Below, in pieces: positions 32,341 through 46,472 of a DNA stretch of 64,000 bases. Position 1 is the first letter of the stretch; each line of letters opens with the position of its first letter. Position numbers and translations under genes: made by a program. The stretch lies in assembly GCA_964016885.1 (NCBI GenBank), contig OZ024760.1, positions 18,910,001-18,974,000 of the forward strand, given 5' to 3'. The notes beneath the pieces were generated by a model. It was not told where the DNA came from, did not search any database, and saw only the letters and a program-made list of their open reading frames with translations. Origin of the DNA: Eledone cirrhosa (taxonomy: Eukaryota).

Positions 32341-33401
32341 CTAGCAGTAAAGCCCGGCGTTGCTCGGGGTCGCTCAGTAGCTGTGTTAAAGTTACAATGT
32401 TAAGTTTCTTTTTTGGCTTAAAAACTGTAGTGTCTACTGTGCAGACTTGCATGTGGTGTTTTTGATTAATATTCCCTCAACCAACAATATGCCTTATGAA
32501 GTTAAGAAAACATAACGATAACCCGAATGTTATAACAAAAGAGGATGCTGGGGATAAAAACTGCACTGGTTATTTATTAACAAAGATCGAAAATGTAAAC
32601 ACTGCAACGCAGAGAAAAACATTAGCGTAACCAAATTATCAGTTATGTCTGTCTGCACGCCTATATCACCTCTCTGCACGACTGTCTGTCTGCACGCCTA
32701 TATCACCTCTCTGCACGACTGTCTGTCTGCACGCCTATATCACCTCTCTGCATGACTGTCTGTCTGCACGCCTATCACCTCTCTGCACGACTGTCTGTCT
32801 GCACGCGTATATCACCTCTCTGCACGACTGTCTGTCTGCACGACTGTCTGTCTGCACGACTGTCTGTCTGCACGCCTAACGAAATTTAGAGATACATATA
32901 TTTTAAATAAACTTATATAATTTTTGCTTTTTTTTACGAAATATTTGCTTGTTTTACGTAGTCTTTAAATAGACTTGTTTTCAAGTAAAAATATTGTTTT
33001 AAAAGGCTTTTAAATGGAAATGAAGCAAAACGGAAGCTTAGTGTTCGAACTGATGAATTTTGCAGGTCAAAATTTTGCTGGCTCGACAACTGTTCGTGTA
33101 TTGTGTTAATGTCATTTTAAACGCTGAGAAAGCCAGCGTAATTTTTTTAATTTTTGCACGCAGACGCTCAATGTAAACAGAACAAAGGGAAATAACTGAT
33201 CACTTACGCTCAAAAATCGATACATTATATTCGATTTCGTCAGATAGGACGGGTCAATTTGAAATATTTTTTTCCGATGTCTTCGCTAGGGCTCAATGTA
33301 CAAGTATAGCAATTTCGGTGCAATTCTGTGAGAGATTCTAAGAGGAGATGTGTGCCAAAAATCGATAGACAGACAGACAACCTCAGTTTTATATATATAG
33401 A
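32341..33401 (-). mobile_element. Second copy of the non-autonomous Helitron
   Basis: Reverse complement of 16106-17183; A|TC...CTAG|T; different minisatellite copy number. Confidence 0.9.
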
Positions 33402-33740
33402 TAACGGAGGAGGCGCGTGGCCTTGTGGCAAGGGTGTTGGACTTACTCAAAACGCGTAGATCCACACTTACTATAATATCCATACCTGGGGAGGTGGATT
33501 GGTAGTATCGGTAGAGGATCGGACGCCATGCTTTGCATCATAGAGTTACGGCCCATTACGAACTGGTCTTCATAATTATTATATATATATATATATATTT
33601 ATTTACGTACGTATAGCACGGAGTGTATGTGCATAAACACACACGCACCGTGTTGACGGTATTGTATTAGCTCAATGTACGAGAACAGACCCGTTATATG
33701 TAAAAGAAACCAAAGAACGCTTACATACTCAAATAGTTTT

Positions 33741-33796
33741 TATTTGCTTACAATGTTTCATCCATACCGTTGGGTAGGAATCATCAAAGCTTAATA
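33741..33796 (-). ncRNA. Hammerhead variant (core UUGAUGA)
   Basis: GCU UUGAUGA UUCC UACC CAAC GGUA U GGA U GAAAC AUU GUA^AGC. Confidence 0.6.
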
Positions 33797-34556
33797 AACA
33801 CAGTGCTGAGTATAAGCTCTACCAAGCTTAGTCACACGAACAATTGGAATACAATATATATATATCTATATATATAGTAATTATGAAGACCAAAATCCGA
33901 AGAGAGTTCGAGAAATAATTCCAAAAGACCCCGGAAAAGAGTGAAGACAGCGATTAATTTATTTAATTTATTTTATTAATTAATTTATTTTATTTGTTTA
34001 CTTCATTTATTTATTTATTTTATTTACTTTATTTTATTTTATTTCATTTATTTATCTATCTATCTATTTTATTCATCGAACAACAGGTTATTATAATCTC
34101 TAAGAATGTTTGTGACGTACGATCTATGACATGTATACGAAAGAGCTATAGTAAAGCTGTAAGATTTATTACAAATGCCATCAGTAATGTAATATCATAA
34201 TATATTATAACGTAGCATAGGGGGAGGTCTCTCATAATATATTATAACGTAGCATAGAGGGAGGTCTCTCATAATATATTATAACGTAGCATAGAGAGAG
34301 GTCTGTCATATATTTTAAATTCTGTAATCCTTGTAGTATTGTTGTTGTTAATATTAATTTATTATATTTTACCAATATTTAACGGAATACATCATCTCTC
34401 TCTCTCTCTCTCCCTCTCTCTCAATATATATATATATATAATATAATATAATATAATATAATATAATATAATATATATATATAATCAATCAAGGTTTAGC
34501 AAATAAGAAAAAGTTTCAGAATAAATTCAAAAAATTCACTGTACTTACTACGGTTA

Positions 34557-34641
34557 CCTTTACCGAATCGGTTTCGAGTCTCAAAAATGAATGGACAGTC
34601 CTTGCGGCCTTCCATTGAAAAGATAAACTCTCGTCAGAAGG
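34557..34641 (-). ncRNA. Type I hammerhead with extended stem II
   Basis: CCUU CUGACGA GAGUUU..AAUGGA..CC GCAA GG..UCCAUU..AGACUC GAAAC CGAUUCG GUA^AAGG. Lies inside inverted arms 34485-34545 and 34912-34975. Confidence 0.82.
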
Positions 34642-35258
34642 TTCTTTTCACTCGGAGAATATAAAATTCCCGAGTTCAAATTACGAACTGGCGCTATTCA
34701 AAATTGTTCCCGAGATAAGAATGAATGATGTGGAAGCAATTCTGTCCAGTGCCGTGTGTAAAGATAGAAGCAGAGGCAGGGAGGTCAATCTACTACCACT
34801 ATAAATAGCAGCAGTCAAAACGACCAAATTTTATCTCGACCAAGAGGAGATTAATAATAATAAAGTATATATCCCTACACGCAAAAAGCGTATAGGGATA
34901 TATATATAAAAAGTACAGTGAATTTTTTGAAATTTATTTTCAAACTTTTTCTTATTTGCTAAACCTAGATTATATATGTTCTGGCTCGTTAATTTATTAA
35001 CCTGCCATTGAACCACATTGGCATATGGTTGGACAATACATGTGTCCCTATACGTTTTTTGCGTGTAGGGATATATACTTTATATATATATATATATATT
35101 AGTATATGTATGAATGAGTGTATGTATGTATGTATGTATGTTATGTCACTCTCTCTCTGTCTTTCTCTCGCTATAGATAAATATATATGTATATTAGTAT
35201 ATGTATGAATGAGTGTATGTATAAATATTACGTCTCTCTCTCTCTTTCTTTTTCTCAC

Positions 35259-35297
<39 letters not shown>

Positions 35298-35867
35298 ATA
35301 TAAATATATATGCATACATAATGTACACACACATACATACTCCGATAAGCACATAAATCCTGTCAATTATGTTACAAAGCGGGAGTTTTGAAAGCATCAA
35401 CTGAATGAAGCAGTTAAACGGTTTTGACACATCTCGCTTTTAATGGATTAGATTTGATTTCATAACACAAACACAACAACAGACTATATTTCCAAACTAT
35501 ATATGTAATGCATTATCCTATCATCAGGCATATATATATTAATTTAATGTGATGGCTTTGAACTCATATGTTTTATATATGCATTTAACGGAATCAAAGC
35601 CACCGTTGAGTGAAACGATACTCGGTTTAATACTGAATTAATTCAATTTGATATTTTCGACTGGAAGTCCAGATTTATATACCCAGTAGATGTCTAAATA
35701 CAACATTCTATATCGTAATTATATATTCGATATATATATATTTATATATATATATATATATCGGTATATGTATGAATGAGTGTATGTATGTATGTATGTA
35801 TATTACGTCTCTCGCTCTCTCTCACTCTCCCCCTCTCTCTCCCCACCTCTCTCTCTCTCTCTTTTTC

Positions 35868-35909
<42 letters not shown>

Positions 35910-36634
35910 TATATGTATGAATGAGTGTATGTATGTATATTACGTCTCTCTCTCTCGCTCTCTCTCTCTCGCTCTCCCCCTCCCCCTCTCTCTCTCTCTC
36001 TTTTTCTCACTATATATATATATATATATATATATCGGTATATGTATGAATGAGTGTATGTATGTATATTACGTATCCCCGCCCTCTCTCTCTTTCTTTT
36101 TTCTCACTATATATATATATATATATATATATGCATACATAATGTACACACACATACATACCCCGATAAACACATAAACCCTGTCAATTATGTTACAAAG
36201 CGGGAGTTTTGAAAGCATCAACTGTGAATGAAGCAGTGAAACGGTTTTGACACATCTCGCTTTTAATGGATCAGATTTGATTTCATAACACAAAAACTCC
36301 CGCCGTTTCAGATCCGAACTCCGATCCAGCTGTCGAAACCGCCTGAGTTCAGCCTAGGGGTCCTGACTCTTCTCCTATTACCCACTCTACAACCCTAAAT
36401 ATCGAGTACTCTGGTGCGTTATGGTCCACCTGGTTCCTTACCACACTTTCTTTATTATATACATATATATACATATATGAATTATTTCCGTAGGAAGGGT
36501 AAAGGAAAGGAGAGTGTTCTATGTTAGCTACAGAGCTATTTAATTATGTAATAAACAACATAAAACAATTATTCCATTTACCAAAGGTTTCACGAAGACA
36601 GACGAGCTCAATACAGACGTCTGAAATCGCTCTT

Positions 36635-36698
36635 CTGATGAGCGATTCCAGACGTCTGTATTGAGCTCGTCTGTCTTCGTGAAACCTTTGGTAAATGG
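36635..36698 (+). ncRNA. Hammerhead core at the centre of a fold-back element (36540-36728)
   Basis: CUGAUGA GCGA..CAGACG..CGUCUG..UCGU GAAAC CUUUG GUA^AAUGG. The 5' strand of stem I is largely lost at the inversion point. Confidence 0.7.
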
Positions 36699-36729
36699 AA
36701 TAATTGTTTTATGTTGTTAATTACATAAC

Positions 36730-36767
<38 letters not shown>

Positions 36768-36827
36768 TATGTATATGTATGTATATGTATATGTATGTAT
36801 ATATATATGTATGTATGTATATATATG

Positions 36828-36864
<37 letters not shown>

Positions 36865-36865
36865 G

Positions 36866-36902
<37 letters not shown>

Positions 36903-36964
36903 GTATATGTATATATATGTATATGTATATATATGTATATGTATGTATATATGTATGTATATGT

Positions 36965-37533
36965 GTTTTCTCTTTCTCTTAATTTCGAGTATATTTTTTT
37001 GACCGGCCACCTTCCTGGTGGCAAGGTTGTAAAAGAAAAGAAATTGTCATCCCTTGAATCGCAAGAATGTTTTGCAAATTTTGAAGGTCCCAGCTATCGC
37101 AGCCATTTGCAGACTATGAATTATGGAGCTGCGCTTTTTGTCCGCAAATCCAAGTTCAGTCATACTTTGGTCCAAGCGGGTTGGTATATAACCCGTAGCA
37201 CCAATAATGATGGGTATGAAGCTAAAGGTGTATCTTGGATACTGGATTTGTAGACTCCTCATCAATGGTCCGTAGATGTCCTCCTTCTCCTGTATTTTTC
37301 TGAGAACGTTTACATCAAGTGGGCAGCTGATCTCCACAACAGAACACGTTTTCAATGTGTGGTCCCAAACTACAATATCAGGCCGGTTGTGCTTTAATTT
37401 GGTGGCAGTTTTTATTTTCAGGTTCCACCAGTATTCCTTAGTGCCATCTGTCTCAATATATTCTTCCTCGTTTGTTGTTAATTTTGTTTTCCGAAGTGCG
37501 TTCCAGATGGTTCTAGCTATCCCATTGTGTCTC
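36965..37533 (-). mobile_element. R4/Dong-like LINE 3' fragment with restriction-like endonuclease
   Basis: WWNLKIKTATKLKHNRPDIVVWD..CSVVEISCPLDVNV..KEDIY..IPIIIGATG. Flanked by (TATG)n. Confidence 0.85.
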
Positions 37534-37614
37534 GTATGTATGTATGTATGTATGTATGTATGTATGTATGTATGTATGTATGTATGTATGTATGTATGTA
37601 TGTATGTATATATG

Positions 37615-37895
37615 TCAGGTCACCAGTTGGTGCTACTGGTAACATGTATCCCAGTACAACCTGTCTCATGGTCGTGTCGTTGGAGACTAAACTGGCAACC
37701 CCACCAAGTTTTCTTGGTGAGGAGGGTGACTTTGGACATCCTGCAGGACTAAAATCAAAACCTGTCAAAGGGCAAAGGAGCTCTTAAGAGTCAATGGCCA
37801 TCCAAAATCACCGGGAGAGATGACCACTTAGCCTTTGTCAAGGCAGAATTCTAGGAGAAGGAAAACTCTGATATAACACCTGCAACCCTGATGGT
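37615..37895 (+). mobile_element. RTE-like 5' UTR with candidate minimal HDV-like ribozyme (37639-37695)
   Basis: Motif ctaggagaaggaaaactctg resembles RTE 5' regions (from recall). P1 GUAACAUG/CGUGUCGU, P2 CCAGU/ACUGG, P3 ACC/GGU, GG, ACUAA. Confidence 0.45.
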
Positions 37896-38216
37896 ATCCA
37901 ATGATGTTGACTTGTTCTTCTTTTTGGTAAATATCATCTTGGTTAAGAGAGTTGGACTGGCTTTGTGCAGTGCCTTTGCTCACTATAGAAGCTTCACGGC
38001 ACAGGCATTGCTTTATATCTGGAGATCTCTCTGCACTTGTCATCACATGGTACCATGGGCCCAGCACTATGTGTCAATAATTGTCACAAGTGTAGTGTTT
38101 GTACCAGAGTTTTCAAGTCGCTGGCTGGTCTAAAAAGTCACACTCGTTCAGTGCATCGGTAGGGGTTCTACATGGATATAAAGTAGTGGCCGTACTCGAA
38201 AACGAGTTGGCAGCCA

Positions 38217-38252
<36 letters not shown>

Positions 38253-38654
38253 GTATGTATGAATATATACATACACACACACAAATATCATGTGCGAAGC
38301 TTCAACGTTCTAACTAACGAACGTCGAGGGAATAACTTTATAGAAGACGTAGAGTGTTTAAGTGTTGATAATAACGGCAAGTCCAGTCAGTTGGTATACA
38401 ATAGGGTCACATAGAGACGGAAATAGTTGTCAGTGGCCGCCGGCACCTTCTTTGTTCATCCCTAAAGGTCTTTACCTTATTTCATAAACTATCTTAAAGG
38501 AACTGACTGTTTGTATGTTCTTACAGTTATTTTCTGTATCTGAACATTCTCTCTCTCTCTTTCTCTCTCTCTATCTATCTATCTATCTATCTATCTCCCC
38601 CCTCTTTCTCTATATCTATCTCTCTATCTCTCTCTCTCTATCTATCTATCTATT

Positions 38655-39387
38655 GATTCTTTTTTTCAAATACCACTTTGGAAGAAGAATCAGGATGGAG
38701 AGAGAGGTGCTGTACCCCAGCAAGTTTTATGAAAGGTGGGTGAAAGTGGCGAGAATGGCCCGAGTGAATGGGCCTTCTCTCTATATCAGCCTGTAGGTTG
38801 AGGAAAAGGAGGAGGAGAGGAAAGGAGTACAAACTCTTCGTACTCCTGGAAATGAGGGTTTCACATTTTTTCGGGGGTATGTGTTACCCATATGAACTGT
38901 CTCCCCCTATTGGCGAAAATCGAATAATTTTTTAAATTGCATTTGTGATAACATTTTACACGTTTTTATTGTATGTAAACTTCCCCCTTTGTATTTGTCC
39001 CCTTCTTTTGTGCCCCTGTGGCTAATAAAGAAACATATCTATCTATCTATCTATCTTTCTATCTATCTCTCTGTCTATCTAACATTTTATAAAAGGTGGG
39101 TGAATGTGGCAAAGATGGCCCGAGTGGTTGGGCCTTCTCTCTATATAAGCCTGTAGGTTGAGGAAAAAGAGAAAGAGAGGAAGGTAGTACTCACTCTTGG
39201 TGCTCCTGGAGATGAGGGTTGTACATTTTTTCGGGGTGTGTACAACCCCTGTGTAACACCTCCCCCCTATTGGGGATTTCAATTGTTATTTGTTATTGTA
39301 TTAATAGTTTTATTTTCATATACCTGTATGTAAACTCCCCATTTGTATTTGTCCCCTTCTTTTGTGCCCTTGTGGCTAATAAAGAAA
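38655..39387 (+). mobile_element. Two tandem 5'-truncated Tx1-type LINE 3' ends in (TATC)n
   Basis: Both match 48105-48476 (FFKYHFGRRIRMERE..ERWVKVARMA). Each ends ggctaataaagaa followed by (TATC)n. Confidence 0.85.
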
Positions 39388-39493
39388 TGTATCTATCTAA
39401 CTATCTATCTATCTCTATATCTGTCTATATATCTATCTATCTAGCTGATACCCTCTCTCTCTATGACTCTCCATCAATCTCTTACTTTCTCTC

Positions 39494-39566
<73 letters not shown>

Positions 39567-40034
39567 ATACATACACACACATATATATATATTAATATAT
39601 ACACTCTTTAGCATACAGTGCTGTTTTTGTTACCTTCCTCAGTAAACCACAAATCAACTGAACCACCTATTACACACACACGCACACGCACACGCACAGA
39701 CACACACAGACACACACACGCACACGCACACGCATAAACACACACAGACACACACAGACACACACACAGACACACACACACACACAGACACACACAGACA
39801 CACAGACACACACAGACACACACAGACACACACAGACACACACACACAAACACAGACAGACACACACACACACACACACACATACACACACACACACACA
39901 CACACATACACATACACACACACATATATATATATATATTCCCACCAGTGTTCACAAAAGTTTACTTTTAGTAGAATTCAGTCGAAGGTAAGTAATCGGT
40001 TCGAGACTATCAGAGAAATAGATAGATAGATAGA

Positions 40035-40372
40035 TTTCTTTATTTACCATAAAGGCATAAAAAGAAGGGACAAATACAAAGGGGGAGTTTACATATAATC
40101 GAGTAAAAAGGGTGTAACATGAAAATAATCGAAAATAACCTCAAAAGGGAGGGGACGTGATGGGGGTTGCACCCCCCCCCCGAAAAAGTGTGCAATCCTT
40201 TGCCCGGGGAGCACATGGAGAAGGTGCTCCCCTCTCCTTTACTTCTTTACCTACAGGATGGTATACAGAGAAGGCCCATTTACACGAGCCATTCTCGCCA
40301 CTATCACCCACCTTTCATAAAACTGCCTGTGGCCAAGCACCTCTCTCTCCATTCTTATCCTTCTTCTGGGAA
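40035..40372 (-). mobile_element. Tx1-type LINE 3' end in (GATA)n
   Basis: Reverse-complement homolog of the same tail, flanked by gatagata on both sides. Confidence 0.8.
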
Positions 40373-41149
40373 ATAGATAGATAGATAGAAGGATAGATAG
40401 ATAGATAGGAGAGACTTTTCAAATTTATGATCGGTACAATGGAATCGTCCCCTTAACCACGCCCCACACAAGAGAAAGCTAACGTGTTTGAGCATCATAA
40501 CACTTTCCAGCTGTTTGATGAACGGTTCCATCTTGAAATTAAATTCGATTTTTTTTTTTTTTGTGTTCTTCAAAGAATTGATCTCGTTTATGAAAGAAAA
40601 ACGAATTAAAGTTAAAGAGATCTGGCAATGACAAGGTTTCCCATGAGTAAATACTAATTTCTTTTAAGCAGGCATCATGCCAAGGTCTCTAAATAACGTT
40701 AGAGTAAATTTAGCCTATATAATCTATACTTTCGATTAACTCTAACATGAGGAAAATGTTTGCAGTTGTTTGTTTGTATTCGAGTTAGCACAATAATGGA
40801 CAGTTCTCGCCATAACGATCGTGTTATTGTTTTTATCATTCAGACGTATATTTGTCAATGACCTTATTACCTAAAGACATGGATGAGGTTTGTGGGAGAT
40901 GTAGCAGCTATTTCTAGCAGGTCTATTAACCACGAATGGCCAATCGTAATCTCGCTAAAAATAGAATATATTTCAACTAGTTTCTTCGACATTTTAGTAC
41001 AGTAAATGTATGGGCTTGTATATGTTAAAATGATTCTATTTCATCCATCTAATTTGTATTTTTGATATTAAAATGAAAATTAAAAATAAAAGAAATTTTA
41101 CAATTCTTGAACATATAAAAAAAAAACGAAAATGATAACGAAAAAATAA

Positions 41150-41265
41150 AAAAATTAGATAATGAAAGTAAGGGAGAGGAAATAGCAAAAAAATTAGATA
41201 ATGAAAGTAAGGGAGAGGAAATAGCAAAAAAATTAGATAATGAAAGTAAGGGAGAGGAAATAGCA
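41150..41265. repeat. 39 bp tandem repeat, 3 copies
   Basis: aaaaaattagataatgaaagtaagggagaggaaatagc repeated. Confidence 0.9.
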
Positions 41266-44200
41266 GACATTAGTCCCCAGTCTAGGCAGTATGTCTCAGC
41301 TGTACGACGTGAACAAAATGGCGAAAGCATACCCACTGAGAGCAGTGAGCGAAACTTGCTGATTCAGCCTTTCTACCTCACAGGGCCCCTTCCACGGAAA
41401 GGGGAGGTAATGCACTCTTCCAAAATTTGCGGAGGAAAATGGCAATTCGTTGACCGGGAAGTCCAGAGATCTCGACGTCGAACAACACGAATAGAAAAAA
41501 AAACATGGTCTGTTAGATCTTAGTATTTAGATATCTTCTCGTGTCTATTTTAATGGAGGTTGTATTCAGTCTTGGCCAACATAACAATGCTAGATGCGGA
41601 GAATCTGTCACATCAAGTAACTTCCCACGTTAGACATTAAACGTGAATGTTGTTTTGTCTTGGCGCTTATCTTCACACCACAGTCGTTTAACTATTTTTT
41701 CCTCTTAATAAAGTTAATTTTTACTTTTAGTTTTAATTCTAAAAACTCTCAAGAGTCTTGATAAATATTATCAAAACAAGAATAACATTTACTTTACTAA
41801 TTATGAATATTTGAAACTTCTTGAAAAAATTATTTGAGCAATGAAATGCGAGATAAAAATCACTTCAACAAGTTTGTTTCCAAAATTATGATTGACATCT
41901 AACCTGATTTAACTTAATAGAGGAGGTTTAAATAAATTTTATTTCAAATTCACAACGTTTGCTATCAGTTTTCACTGAAGCAGTCATATCACATGACACC
42001 TGAATATTAATGGAGTCATTGGTCAAATTGTTTAGCGCCTAAAACCAATAATCCGTATGATATAAAGTAAAGGAAGACGTGTTAAATACGATACTAAAGT
42101 AGTCACTTTTAATATATCCTCACAGAAATCCTCATCAACATATTTAACATCAAATAAGCGACAGAAAGATAGTTTATTTATTCACCTTCATCAAGTGTTT
42201 GTTTCCTCACACTTTTGTTAATAATCTATATTTCTGAATAAAAATTTACAGACGTATATTTGCCTATTGTGAAGGCTTAGTGGTTAGAACGTTGAGCTCA
42301 CAATTGTAAGGTTGTCAGTTTGAATCCTGGACCGGGAAGTACGTTGTGTTCTTGAGCAAGACACTTTATTTCACGTTGCTTCAGTTTATTCAGCTGTAGA
42401 AATATGTTGCTACGTCACTGGTGCCAAGCTGTATCAGCCATTGCCTTTCTCTTGGACAACATCATATATAGTGTATATATAAAGTTTTGACTGTATATAT
42501 TGAGTATATAGTGTGTATATTGAGTATAGAGTCTTTATGTTGAGTATAGAGTGTTTATATTGAGTATAGAGTGTTTATATTGAGTATAGAGGGTGTATAT
42601 ATTGAGTATAGATAGTGTATATATTGAGTATAGATAGTGTATATATTGAGTATATAGTGTATATATTGAGTATAGAGGGTGTATATATAGAGTAAGTTGT
42701 GACGTCACTGGTGCTAAGCTGTACCAACCATTGTCTTTCCCTTGGACAACATAATATATAGTGTATATATAGTGTGCGTGTGTATATATACTGTACATAG
42801 TGTATACATGTGTGTATATATATATATATGAGTTGCGATGTCACTGTTGTCAAGCTGTGTCGGCCATTGTCTTTCCCTTGGACAACAATGTGTATAGTGT
42901 GTGTGTGTGTATATACTGCACATAGTGTATATATAATGTATGGAGGAAGACGATCGACTTTCGTCAAATCGGACCGAGGGAACAATGTTTCCGTTGGTCT
43001 TTCCAATTGCTAATACTATCTATCGGTCGCAACTCCAGGTAGAAGGAGCAGCGTGAAATAAAGTGTCTTGCTCAAGGACATAACGCATCGCCTGGTCCAG
43101 GAATCGAACTCACAACCTTACGATTGCGAATCCAATTCTCTAACCACTCAGCCACACGCCTTCACATATATAATGTATATATATATGTATATATATGGGT
43201 TGTGATGTCACTGGCGCCAAGCTGTAACAATCATTGCCTTTTATTTGGACAACATAGGTGGCGTGATGAGGTGAGACTGGTATTCATGGGCGGCTGCTAG
43301 TCTTCCACAAACAAACCTTGCCCAGGTTTGTACCACGGATGGGGAAATTTCTCATTGCAAATCCCATGGCGCTTCGTGAAGAGACTAAAGAGCGTCCATT
43401 TATATATATATAACCTTAATCACATAAAAAGAAAAAATGAAATTTCATTTCTCACTCTTAGTACGGCTGATACTTAAATATAAGTATGTATACGTACATA
43501 CATACATATATGTATACAGACGTACAGTAGTATGTATATACATACATACGTGCACACATATATATATATGTACGTATGGATTCACCGAACATTTATTATA
43601 ATGTTCGGTTTGTTTGTAAACAAACAGCCCGTACATATATATGTGTGCATGTATGTATGTATATACATACTACTGTACGTCTGTATACATATATGTATGT
43701 ACGTATACATACTTATACTTAATCACATATTTACGAGCATAACGTTTAAGAAATACATTTTCAAGTAGATTACCAGAAAACCAGAAGAATCCATAAAGAC
43801 ATTTGAATGTTTCAGGTTTCAGAAAATCCTACGCGAGTAGGTTTGTAAGTCAGATTTAAATGTAACTAAGTAGACGAAAGCATTATAAACAAAATATGCA
43901 TGGTCATAAATTGATATAATGTTTCCCAGGAGAAATATATCAATTAAATAAAAGGAAATATATTGTATGTATTACTGTCATCATTCATATCTTGATACCC
44001 GTGTTTATGTAAACATGGATATAAACACACGTAATACATGACATATAGCAGATATCAGAGTATTTTCAAAATGAATTATTATACTTAGCATCTGATATTA
44101 ATCATGTTTCTAAATGATGAATGGTGCTCATTAGTAAATAGTAATTGTCACTCACGCACACACACACGCATATATATAGGAACAAGTAAGACCCCGACGG

Positions 44201-44365
44201 CTGAGCTCAAGCCGTTTCGACGGCTAATTCTGGATTAGCCGCCGTCGAAACGGCTTGAGCTCAGCCGTCGAGGTCTTACTTGTTCCTATTACCCACTCTA
44301 CTACCCTAAGTATTGAGTACTTTGGTGCGTTATGGTCCACCTGGTTCCTTACCACATTTCCTTCG

Positions 44366-44432
<67 letters not shown>

Positions 44433-44570
44433 AATTAAAATACTAGAGTGTGTTGGAGTTAAACACCCTCTTCATATAGAAATGACAGTATAAGATATAG
44501 TTCAATGTAATTAAACAGAGCCGAAGAATTATAAAAATTAAATTGTATTGGCCGATAGTGCTTCTTGTAG

Positions 44571-44624
44571 CTTTATTTGCCCTGATGAGTCCTTAATAGG
44601 ACGAAACATTGTTGGCTGATAAAG
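44571..44624 (+). ncRNA. Canonical type I hammerhead (family H4)
   Basis: CUUUAUUUGCC CUGAUGA GUCC UUAAUA GGAC GAAAC AUU GUU^GGCUGAUAAAG. Confidence 0.9.
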
Positions 44625-44654
44625 ACTTTTGATGTATTGAAGGCTTCTTTGGTT

Positions 44655-44696
<42 letters not shown>

Positions 44697-46167
44697 AGAT
44701 ACATATTTCCATGTATATAAATGTATAAGTATGAAGTATGTATGAATACATTAAATGGGTCTTGTGTTCATGAAATATTAAGAGTACATAGAAATAGTTG
44801 ACAGATTCTGTTATCCAGAGCACTTACTCACCAGTGTGGGTGGATATTCTGAAAGTAGAGTGACACTTAAATATATATATATGTATGAATCACTATTTCC
44901 CTACAGACTATAAATCAGATTTCTGTTGAGAAATGTTAAAATGATGTTTGCTGTCAGCACCTTTAAATGTTTTCTTCAGATTAGTGATTCTCCAGCATGG
45001 GTCCTACCATATCCCTGGGGGCACGGGCATTCTCAAGAGGGTAGTGTGATGGACAGGGGCTTAATGTGTTCAAGAAGTAGATTTTTGTATAAAATTTACA
45101 ATGGAAGCGCTTGTCGTTGCTGACATATATTTTCAGAAATTAGGGCTTGTTAGAAATAGAGAGAGAGATATATATACATACATATATACATATAGCGGGA
45201 GAGAGAGGAAAAGATATATATATATTTATTCACATATGTCTGTCTACCAACCATGTAATTATGTATATTATACTATGTTTATTATTTGATATTGAAGTTG
45301 TTATATCATATCACTCTATGTAATCGTACTATAGATCTTAAATATTTACCGATTATTCGATGTACCCTTATGTTAAATTTTGTAAATTCTATAATATGTT
45401 TATATTTTTATAATTTTTGTAATGTTTAGATAATATTTATTTATACCAATTGTATAAAAACTTGACCTCCGTCTGTTTTCTTACAACGGTATAGATATTT
45501 TTCCAGCACAATTTTTTTCAACACAATTTAGTTCTGTATGATATTTTTTTCTCACCCTGTGTGTAACTTTATATGATTTGTTAAGTTATATGCCAATATA
45601 TTATAATATTGTTATTATAGTGTTATTGTAATATTTATATTGTTTGTGCAAATTGACCGGAGATTATAAATTATATAATTATATAGTATATTATATATTA
45701 TATGTTTATTTTTACTCAATTCTTTATCATTTTATGCTGTAAATAATATATGTATTATATTTTTATTTTTATTTTTATTTATATTTAAACTCTTAATAAG
45801 TGTTAGTTTGTGTTTGTATTGATGGATATGTGTATTGATATATATATATATATATGTGTACATATGTATATATATATATATATATATGTATATTGGGCCT
45901 TTTAATATTATTATCATTATCAATTATATTATATTATATTATATTATATTATATATAGTACTGTAATTCTCGCTTTATATCACCACTTGTGTTTAGTTTT
46001 AGTTTTTGCATTGTACTATATTTGTAATATGGTTCAAAATGTTATTCACTTCCTTAGCAATTTTTACTTGATAATTTTTACTTGATAATTTTCCTATGCT
46101 TTAATGTATGTATACTCCATATTCTTCTGAGTTTTCGGCTTGTATTGGCCGATAGTGCTTCTTATAG

Positions 46168-46221
46168 CTTTACTTGCCCTGATGAGTCCTTAATAGGACG
46201 AAACATTGTTGGCTAATAAAG
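46168..46221 (+). ncRNA. Canonical type I hammerhead (family H4), direct-repeat copy
   Basis: Same motif inside an approximately 116 bp direct repeat (44544-44660 and 46141-46257). Confidence 0.9.
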
Positions 46222-46360
46222 ACTTTTGATGTATTGAAGGCTTCTTTGGTTTATTTTCATAATATTTTCATTAAAAAAAAAAAATATATATATATATATA
46301 TATAAGTGCATATATATATAAGTGCATCTGTGCGCTTATGTTAGTTGATATATTAAATTA

Positions 46361-46403
<43 letters not shown>

Positions 46404-46424
46404 AGAGATACATATATACAGTAT

Positions 46425-46472
<48 letters not shown>

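Noticed and set aside
35480-35530. Possible minus-strand hammerhead
   Set aside because: CUGAUGA and GAAA are present but stems I and II pair poorly.
44750-45120. GIY-YIG endonuclease remnant between the H4 repeats
   Set aside because: Only a faint RVHR..QI..PE resemblance with stops and frameshifts; not supportable without a profile search.
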